Origin: an uncultured Planctomycetia bacterium
Lineage (GTDB): Bacteria > Omnitrophota > Gorgyraeia > 2-02-FULL-51-18
DNA: 64,000 bases
Assembly: GCA_964478015.1 (NCBI GenBank)
Contig: CAYZGM010000001.1
Location: forward strand, 2,981 to 66,980
Reading direction: 5' to 3'
This document shows positions 57,867 through 64,000 of this stretch, piece by piece. A model generated the notes under the pieces. It did no database searches, had not been told where the DNA came from, and worked only from the letters and a program-made list of their open reading frames with translations. Positions within the stretch are counted from its first letter, which is position 1; each line of letters opens with the position of its first letter. The position numbers and the translations under genes are program-made.

Positions 57867-58916
57867 TCATGGAACCCTCTTTCCTGAACCAAGAAGATCA
57901 AGCATGGCATCCATTTCCCTGAGGCCGTCCAACTGAGTCGCCAGCATGAATCGCCACCGAGACCTTTTGCGATCGAGCATCTCGCCCACGACGTAAAGGA
58001 GCCTTTTCAGCACATCCATCTGGCCGTAAACTAGCAGCTCCTCAAAGGAATACCCCATCTTTCTTGCGCGAAGTATTTTTTTAAGCCGTAGGAGATGATT
58101 CCCAAATGCCGGGCCTTTTTTGCCGACCAACAGCTCGCGCGCACACTTAAAGACCGAGAAACCAAGGCTCAGCTCAAGCGTTGTCGTTCGGAAACTATCA
58201 AAATCCGCCAAGAGCGACAGGCGATTGTTTTGGAACAACACATTGAGCGGATGGATATCTACGTGGAAAACGGCGCGATGCAAATTTTTTTCATTCTTTT
58301 CATAAATCCGCCTTAGATGGGTGAATTTTTTTAGCACATACGCGATCTCCGCCTTATGGAGGCCTGTCCCGCTGGGAAAATTTCTCAGCTTCCTTATCAC
58401 ACGGGTGTCGGAGATCTCAAAAAAATTTCTTGACCCGACCCGGGAAGAAAATTTCTTTGGTGAGTTCCTAATACAGTACGCGGCAAGCCGTCGTTCATGC
58501 CCCAGGAGATTCGCCCATCGCCGTGAGGAGGCGCCAAGATACGAGCCCTTTTTAAAATGGGTCAGGCACCAGGCATGCCCCCCAAAAAGAAAGACGAGTT
58601 TCTTTTTTTTATTTGGGCAGAAGCGCGCGGCCGGAAATCCGCCTGCCGAAAGGCGCTGAACCCACGCGGCCTGAAGCTCAAGCGCAACGGCTTTGGATGC
58701 ATCCACCCGCTTCAGAACAAAGGCGCCGCGCCGGCACGAAATCTTCCAATTTTGGCTATTGACCCCAAAGGCGTTTACCGCGGAGATTCGTGTCGGCTCT
58801 AGTGCCGGGAACTGATGCCGAATGACTTCCCGGATGCGCTCTGTCTGCGATGAGCCGACGGGAAGTAAGCTCGGTCTCCGCACCGAAAACCTATTTTTTT
58901 TAAAAAGGGTTGACAT
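57867..58916 (-). CDS. Aminoglycoside-phosphotransferase/choline-kinase-fold kinase (probable sugar or LPS-core kinase)
   Basis: HVDIHPLNVLF (HxDxxxxN catalytic loop) and LADFDS (DFD-like metal-binding motif). Confidence 0.7.
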   Translation of the reverse strand: MSTLFKKNRFSVRRPSLLPVGSSQTERIREVIRHQFPALEPTRISAVNAFGVNSQNWKISCRRGAFVLKRVDASKAVALELQAAWVQRLSAGGFPAARFCPNKKKKLVFLFGGHAWCLTHFKKGSYLGASSRRWANLLGHERRLAAYCIRNSPKKFSSRVGSRNFFEISDTRVIRKLRNFPSGTGLHKAEIAYVLKKFTHLRRIYEKNEKNLHRAVFHVDIHPLNVLFQNNRLSLLADFDSFRTTTLELSLGFSVFKCARELLVGKKGPAFGNHLLRLKKILRARKMGYSFEELLVYGQMDVLKRLLYVVGEMLDRKRSRWRFMLATQLDGLREMDAMLDLLGSGKRVP

Positions 58917-58922
58917 TAAATA

Positions 58923-59702
58923 TTAGGGGCTCTTACGCACCATGCCTCCATCCACCGGGATCACGGTCCCGCTAATGAAAGAGGCGTCCTCCGATGCCAA
59001 AAATACGGCCAGGTGCGCGAACTCCTCCGGGCTGGCAATCCTCTGAAGCGGAATCGTCTTGGCGGCAATCTCCAGGATCTCTTTCTCCGTTTTTCCGGAA
59101 CTTTTGGCCTGATCTTTAAATAGAGACAGAAGTCGATCCGTGAGCACCGCCCCCGGACACACCGTATTCATCGTGATGCCATCCTTTCCCGCAAGATGCG
59201 CCGCGCATTTAATGGCATTGATAAGCATGGCCCGGTAACCGGCCGACAAGATCATCCCTACGGTTGGCTCCACGGCGATCGTCGAACTGACATTGATAAC
59301 CCGCCCCCACTTTTTCTTTCGCATTCCCGGCAAAAAAGCCTTTAAAAGCATCAAAGAGCTTTTAAACTGCTGCTGAAAGGCGCTCTCCCAGTCCTCCACC
59401 GAAATATCGTCGAACGTGCCGGCCTTTGGCCCTCCGGTGTTGAGAACAAGAACATCCGGAGCTCCGGGGCCATTATTGATGGATAAGATAAGGTCCTCGA
59501 CCGACTTGGATGAAGAATAATCGGAGGCGAACGCATAAACTTTTCGGCCCGTATATTTATTTTTTAAAGCCGCTTCCGTCATCCCCAGGCGCTCCCGGTC
59601 CCGGGCCGTGAGAATGACGTCCATGCCGCTTTTCAAGAGGCCCTCTGCGACGGCTTTCCCGATTCCGGCGCTCGAACCTCCGACCAATGCGAGTTTACTC
59701 AT
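58923..59702 (-). CDS. SDR-family oxidoreductase
   Basis: LALVGGSSAGIGKAVAEGL (TGxxxGIG-type Rossmann motif); catalytic Tyr region in YRAMLINAIK. Confidence 0.85.
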   Translation of the reverse strand: MSKLALVGGSSAGIGKAVAEGLLKSGMDVILTARDRERLGMTEAALKNKYTGRKVYAFASDYSSSKSVEDLILSINNGPGAPDVLVLNTGGPKAGTFDDISVEDWESAFQQQFKSSLMLLKAFLPGMRKKKWGRVINVSSTIAVEPTVGMILSAGYRAMLINAIKCAAHLAGKDGITMNTVCPGAVLTDRLLSLFKDQAKSSGKTEKEILEIAAKTIPLQRIASPEEFAHLAVFLASEDASFISGTVIPVDGGMVRKSP

Positions 59703-59719
59703 GACTGGACTCCTGTTCT

Positions 59720-60436
59720 TTACGTTTCCTGATATGTCTTCAGCCGATCTTTTAATGTTTGAGAAAATCCCGCCTGATCAGCGTTTTCTAAGAGTTCCTC
59801 CAAATAGGCGCCCAGCCCCCGGTCCTGGGCATGAGCAAATCCAAGAAGTTTTTCTCGAATCTCGTGAACGTACTCCCGCCGGACCGCTTCGTCAGGATTG
59901 AGACATAAAACAAAAAGATTATCCATTTTGTCCAAGAGCTTAATGAGCATAACCTCTTTTTCCCCCACCCCCAAACGGTTGTAATAGGCCTCCTTTTGCG
60001 CCGAAAAAGGGATGCTGCGATCCACTAACAAAATACGTATTGCGGATGAAACCCAGCCGCCAAAGGCCCTTTCAATTTCAGGCAGAGACACGGAGGTCAC
60101 TTCCGGCACGTTGTGCAGGACCGCCGTCACCAACGCATCCGCTCGCACCGAAGGATCGATGCGAAGCAAGAAATTTGCCACGCGAATCGGGTGACTGAGA
60201 TAGCTCGATCTCAAAGCGCTCTTTAAAAAATCAAGGGTCTTGGCATAATCCAGAGCCCTGTGGATCTCATTGTCAAAACGTTCAAATTTTTTTAGATCGT
60301 TCAAAAAAACTCGCTCCGTGTCTGTTGCGGATACACACAGACTTTCTATTTTCTTTAGTCTCTCCGTCTCGACCGATTCAAAGACCGTACGCCCCCTAAG
60401 AACCAGATCCATGAAGCGCCTTGTATTTTCTTTCAA
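59720..60436 (-). CDS. HD-domain protein (RelA/SpoT-hydrolase-like small HD), with Asp-to-Asn change in the HD dyad
   Basis: HPIRVANFLL ... AVLHNVPE ... KLLDKMDNL parallels the SpoT-type HD motifs, but reads HN instead of HD. Confidence 0.55.
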   Translation of the reverse strand: MKENTRRFMDLVLRGRTVFESVETERLKKIESLCVSATDTERVFLNDLKKFERFDNEIHRALDYAKTLDFLKSALRSSYLSHPIRVANFLLRIDPSVRADALVTAVLHNVPEVTSVSLPEIERAFGGWVSSAIRILLVDRSIPFSAQKEAYYNRLGVGEKEVMLIKLLDKMDNLFVLCLNPDEAVRREYVHEIREKLLGFAHAQDRGLGAYLEELLENADQAGFSQTLKDRLKTYQET

Positions 60437-61139
60437 GCGTAAGCCAATCCTCCGGGGTATCCACGTCTACGGCAAGAGAGTCGGGAACGGAGTAGCAATT
60501 CAATCCTTGTTTTACATTGAACCAATGCCCGCCGTGACGAACCAGCCTGGCGTAGTCCAAAAAATAGAACAAGCCCGCATCCACCTGAGCCTGCGGCAGT
60601 TTTTGCGAAAAGGTCAAAAGTTTTTTTGGAAATAAGGGTTTCCACCGGCCATGGGGGCTTTGAACAAGCGCGCGGTATGGGCTATGTGAAAATTTGGTCG
60701 TGGCCACAAGAACAGAGGCCATTTTTTTTAAAAATTCCCTGTGCGCTTTTTGGTAAGTGCCTGCGTCAACCAATGCTGCCGTGGCCAGCGCGAAGAGGAC
60801 GGTCGTGCCAGTCCCTTTCATTCCCAGGGCTCTCAAATATCGCGGGATGTCCTTTTTTAGAAGTTCCATCAACGTTGTGTGATCATCTGAAAACTTGGGG
60901 TCGCGTAGATCCAAAACCAACGCCCCGGCAGCCTCTGCGATTCGCTTGATCCCCGGGTCATCCGTCGAGACGGCGACCGTTTCCGCCACGCCTGATTTCT
61001 GAATCGCCTCGATGACGTGACAAATGACTGGCTTGCCGCCTAGACGCTTCACGTTTTTTCTGGGAACTCTTTTCGAGCCAGCTCTGGCCGGAATATAGGC
61101 AATCAAAGCCACCGTCACCCCCTCAATTCTTCTGCACAA
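60396..61139 (-). CDS. CMP-sugar (acylneuraminate/pseudaminate-type) cytidylyltransferase
   Basis: VALIAYIPARAGSKRVPRKNVKRLGGKPVICHVIEAI is the CTP_transf_3 signature. Confidence 0.8.
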   Translation of the reverse strand: MCRRIEGVTVALIAYIPARAGSKRVPRKNVKRLGGKPVICHVIEAIQKSGVAETVAVSTDDPGIKRIAEAAGALVLDLRDPKFSDDHTTLMELLKKDIPRYLRALGMKGTGTTVLFALATAALVDAGTYQKAHREFLKKMASVLVATTKFSHSPYRALVQSPHGRWKPLFPKKLLTFSQKLPQAQVDAGLFYFLDYARLVRHGGHWFNVKQGLNCYSVPDSLAVDVDTPEDWLTLERKYKALHGSGS

Positions 61140-63177
61140 CCGTAAACTGTGTGATATCTGCGTCGACCGCGGAATTAACTTTTTCGGCGCGCAGGACTTT
61201 CAGGCCCATCTCTTGATAAATCCGGGCATGGTCATAACCATACCTCGAAAAGTTGATGTCCGTATCTTCCTTGTGGACCACATATTTTTTGCTTACGCGG
61301 AGGATCTCGCGGCGCATTTTATCCGCTTTTTTAGGGGGATTGTGGAGAATAACGTTGGATGTGAATACCACATCAAAAGTACCGTCAGGAAACGGCAGGC
61401 TCTCGGCATCCCCTTGGATCAGCGTGATTCCCTCAAGACCAGAAAGATACTCCTTTGCTTTCTCCAGCTGAGTTCGGCTGAAGTCGATCCCGGTTAGCGG
61501 CGCAGCCGTGAACTCTCTCAAAGATTTAAGGACTTTGCCGTACCCGCAGCCCACCTCCAAAATCGACGCCCCCCCTAAACCGCCTATCTCTCTTGCCAAA
61601 AAACGGCTGGTCTCCCCGCGGTCCTTGCGGGACTCCTGCTCTTCAAAGTAACGTTTTCCTCCTCTGCGCTCCCAATAGCGGCGTATATTGCTGTATAGCA
61701 AAAGTCGCCCCAACGTTGGGTTCTGTTGAAAAATACCCACAAGAAGACGACTTGTTCCAAAACGCCGCTGCCCATAAAAAAGCAAGGGGGCGCTACCCAA
61801 CATTGCCGCAAGAGGGCGAAAAAATTGGGCATGGGATGAATTCTCTGGCAGCCATCGATCGAGCAGAAAAAGAAGAATCAGCGGATAAGAGGCACAGAAA
61901 ACAACTTTAAAAATTTCCGCAAAAACGGTCGCACGGCCAAACAATGTCCGAAGCGCCAGCGCGGCATAGACAACGTACAGGGTGAGATACGCCCCGAAAG
62001 TGACCCAGGCAACGGAAGTGATGCCGCCACCGCCGGCTATTACCGCGGCGTTGATGATCAGACATGCGACCCCCAGGAATCCCTGGACTGGAATCATCCA
62101 AAGATATTTTTTAAATGTGACCAGTGTATCGGACATGTTATTCAAAAGAATCATAAAAAGCGTTGCAAACAAACCAACCTTCATTGCCGAAATGCCGTCG
62201 ACATACTGAGGTAAAAAAGTACGGACAGCCCAGGGCCCAAGCATCCAGAGGAACGCCACCATGAGCGGCATGTAGACTGCCATGAACAGCGTTGGGTAGA
62301 CCGCGAGTTTTCTTAATCTAGCGGAATCGTTCGAGGCCCCATACGTTTCATTCAAATAAGGGAAAGTGATCACGCCGAGGTTATTGGGAAAAGCTGTAAC
62401 CAGACTGCTGGCCATAATCACGAGACTATAGATTCCAAGCGCTTTGAAACCGAGTAGCGCGCTGATCGATATTTTGTCCACACTGCTAAGAAAGGTAAAA
62501 AAAATATTCACCACAATCAAACCGACGCCCATTTTGAACAAAGATGAAAGCTCCCGCCAGTCCCAGTCGAGCCGGAAGCGAACATTTGAAAATCTTAATA
62601 CATAGATGAAGTTGAGGACAAAACTCAGGATCATGGATAGGTAATATCCGTATAGACCTAAGCCTGTGATCAACAGCACCGTGAGGACCGCGTTTGCGAG
62701 CGCCGAGTAAACATTAAACCGATTGATGAATAAAAACTGCTTCTCTGCCCTCAAAAGGCTGATGCAAAATGTGGATGCCCGTTGAAAAAAGCTCAAAAAA
62801 GACAATGCAAGCAGGCTGTAAAAAAACAGTTCCCCCATTTTTCCACGCAGCACAAATGCGGCCACTGCCATCGCCAGGCTCAGGAACAAGGCGATCACGA
62901 TCGTAAAAGTGAAGGAGACGTTTCGGATGCTCTCCGCGCGATCAAAGCGCTGTCTGCCTTTTTCAAATGGAATCTCACGGCCCGCCGCGTTGGCGAGACC
63001 AAGGTTTGAATATTTTGTGTAATTTAAAATGACCTGCAGGCTTACCCAAACACCCATTTGCTCCGGCCCAAGAACATTCCGGATGAAAATGGCAAGCCCG
63101 ATGGTGATAAGCTGCATAAAAAAATAGCCCGCCGAGTAAGACGCAAATTCACGCGTGAGTGTACGGCTGAAGCTCAT
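61123..63177 (-). CDS. Fusion protein: Wzx-like MOP/polysaccharide flippase (N-terminal, about 450 aa) plus class I SAM methyltransferase (C-terminal, about 200 aa)
   Basis: 12-14 TM helices typical of the polysaccharide-biosynthesis Wzx family, then ILEVGCGYGKVLKSL motif I and FDVVFTSNVILH motif II in the same uninterrupted ORF. Confidence 0.75.
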   Translation of the reverse strand: MSFSRTLTREFASYSAGYFFMQLITIGLAIFIRNVLGPEQMGVWVSLQVILNYTKYSNLGLANAAGREIPFEKGRQRFDRAESIRNVSFTFTIVIALFLSLAMAVAAFVLRGKMGELFFYSLLALSFLSFFQRASTFCISLLRAEKQFLFINRFNVYSALANAVLTVLLITGLGLYGYYLSMILSFVLNFIYVLRFSNVRFRLDWDWRELSSLFKMGVGLIVVNIFFTFLSSVDKISISALLGFKALGIYSLVIMASSLVTAFPNNLGVITFPYLNETYGASNDSARLRKLAVYPTLFMAVYMPLMVAFLWMLGPWAVRTFLPQYVDGISAMKVGLFATLFMILLNNMSDTLVTFKKYLWMIPVQGFLGVACLIINAAVIAGGGGITSVAWVTFGAYLTLYVVYAALALRTLFGRATVFAEIFKVVFCASYPLILLFLLDRWLPENSSHAQFFRPLAAMLGSAPLLFYGQRRFGTSRLLVGIFQQNPTLGRLLLYSNIRRYWERRGGKRYFEEQESRKDRGETSRFLAREIGGLGGASILEVGCGYGKVLKSLREFTAAPLTGIDFSRTQLEKAKEYLSGLEGITLIQGDAESLPFPDGTFDVVFTSNVILHNPPKKADKMRREILRVSKKYVVHKEDTDINFSRYGYDHARIYQEMGLKVLRAEKVNSAVDADITQFTVVQKN

Positions 63178-63743
63178 GCAGAAACCTCCACGCCGGATGT
63201 CCGCCCCTTTTGACTCATCAACTGCTCGACGGGCCGTTCATCCTGAAGAGGAATAATTGGCTGATAAACGCCTGGGTTCTTTCGGAAATCAAGCAAAAAT
63301 TGGTCTATCCTGTTGAATGCGTCTTCGAAACTTGAAAACTGTTGAAGAGATTTTCCAAATACCGCCGCACACTCACGGTCAATCAAACCCTCAATGAAGT
63401 CCGGATACAGAGCAAGAACCGGCAAACCGCTGGTGGCAACCTCGTAGAGCGCCGTCGTGGGCCTGTCTAAAATGACCGCATCTACGGTCATCAAACTTTC
63501 CCTGACTGACCGGTGATTATCCGTCATGTGGCTTGCTTTTTTTTCCCTTAAATACGGCAGCACCGACGTTTCGGCGTAACGATTCACCCGACCGGCCGAG
63601 TGCTTGTAGATAAAATTAAAATCTTTCTTTTGAGCGAAAAAATCGATCAATTTTTTTTGGTATTCAAAGTACCAGACAGCCGGGTAAGTCATGCAGTTAA
63701 AATATCTCTGATGAATTAAAAGTTTTGTCGGAATATACAACAC
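63174..63743 (-). CDS. C-terminal segment of a TagF/capsule-type transferase-like protein (GTG start); probably the 3' part of a frameshifted longer gene
   Basis: VLYIPTKLL... loosely resembles the TagF-family KxxLYAPTWR region; an upstream open frame continues to the window edge in a different frame. Confidence 0.35.
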   Translation of the reverse strand: MLYIPTKLLIHQRYFNCMTYPAVWYFEYQKKLIDFFAQKKDFNFIYKHSAGRVNRYAETSVLPYLREKKASHMTDNHRSVRESLMTVDAVILDRPTTALYEVATSGLPVLALYPDFIEGLIDRECAAVFGKSLQQFSSFEDAFNRIDQFLLDFRKNPGVYQPIIPLQDERPVEQLMSQKGRTSGVEVSA

Positions 63744-64000
63744 AGTCGGCGCATCTCTTTTCGGTGCCTGAGATTTGCGCTGCGCGTCTCTTGCTGTTTC
63801 TTTCAGAAAATGGGGGGCGGTAAGGAGACGACATGCGCTAACATAGGTCTCTTTCAGGCTGCGCTTAAATTTTTCACTCGAAAGCCCGTCCGTTGTTAAA
63901 TACCAATCAAATGCATCAATATCGGAGACTTGCCACGCAACGTCCCAAAATACGTCACTGCCGTGCTGGATTCCGACGGTTTCTATTCCTTTTCTCTTGG
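63705..64000 (-). pseudogene. Partial upstream reading frame (runs off the window) that is out of frame with the 63174..63743 ORF; candidate 5' half of a frameshifted TagF-like gene
   Basis: Manual translation of minus frame: ...VGIQHGSDVFWDVAWQVSDIDAFDWYLTTDGLSSEKFKRSLKETYVSACRLLTAPHFLKETARDAQ..., stops at about 63705. Confidence 0.3.

Noticed and set aside
1-64000. CRISPR arrays, rRNA genes, transposases/IS elements, integrases, phage structural genes
   Set aside because: I saw no regularly spaced direct repeats and no ORFs with transposase or integrase motifs. The only island-like signal is the tRNA-Gly adjacency, reported as a finding.

Overview
This 64 kb window is gene-dense (about 75 genes) and GC-rich. 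All but two genes lie on the minus strand, and the content looks Gram-negative (ADP-heptose pathway, GT9 heptosyltransferases, PEP-CTERM/exosortase-associated families). Reading left to right, I see seven blocks.

(1) 48-7504: a lipid catabolism block. An M23 peptidase and a secreted hypothetical are followed by a lysophospholipase-like alpha/beta hydrolase, a long-chain acyl-CoA synthetase, a crotonase, a 3-hydroxyacyl-CoA dehydrogenase and a thiolase.

(2) 7528-10947: a second-messenger operon. A cNMP-binding patatin phospholipase is translationally coupled to two canonical PilZ (c-di-GMP receptor) proteins, a small Lys/Ala-rich basic protein and an excisionase-family HTH protein.

(3) 11130-12972: exosortase/PEP-CTERM hallmark genes. 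There is a TIGR04073-like small secreted protein behind a near-consensus promoter, plus an ExeA/GspA-like ATPase and a GspB-like partner. No exosortase gene is in the window.

(4) 12986-16001: housekeeping genes (aroB, a CsaA-like tRNA-binding protein, a SPOR protein).

(5) 15994-20708: a translationally coupled trio sitting directly 3' of a tRNA-Gly(CCC) gene. It comprises a PF01637-type ATPase with a wHTH and a possible PD-(D/E)xK C-terminal motif, an HD-domain dGTPase, and a GAF/HD-GYP protein whose HD-GYP catalytic residues are degenerate. This is my best candidate for an undescribed defence or signalling system.

(6) 20714-37424: core metabolism. It includes thiE, the ADP-heptose genes gmhA and rfaE-II, a PPi-type PFK, accBC, efp, pepP, aroQ, two tandem GalT paralogs, a CBS protein, def-fmt, priA and a family-4 UDG.

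(7) 37425-64000: a very large LPS-core/glycan cluster. It has four GT9 heptosyltransferases, several GT2 and GT4 transferases, gmhB, a WbaP-like initiating transferase, a B12-radical SAM enzyme, two SAM methyltransferases, WecB, an APH-like kinase, an SDR, a CMP-sugar cytidylyltransferase, a Wzx-methyltransferase fusion, and an apparently frameshifted TagF-like gene at the window edge.

I saw no CRISPR array, rRNA gene or obvious mobile element. Everything below is read from the sequence and ORF track without database searches, so family assignments rest on recognisable motifs.
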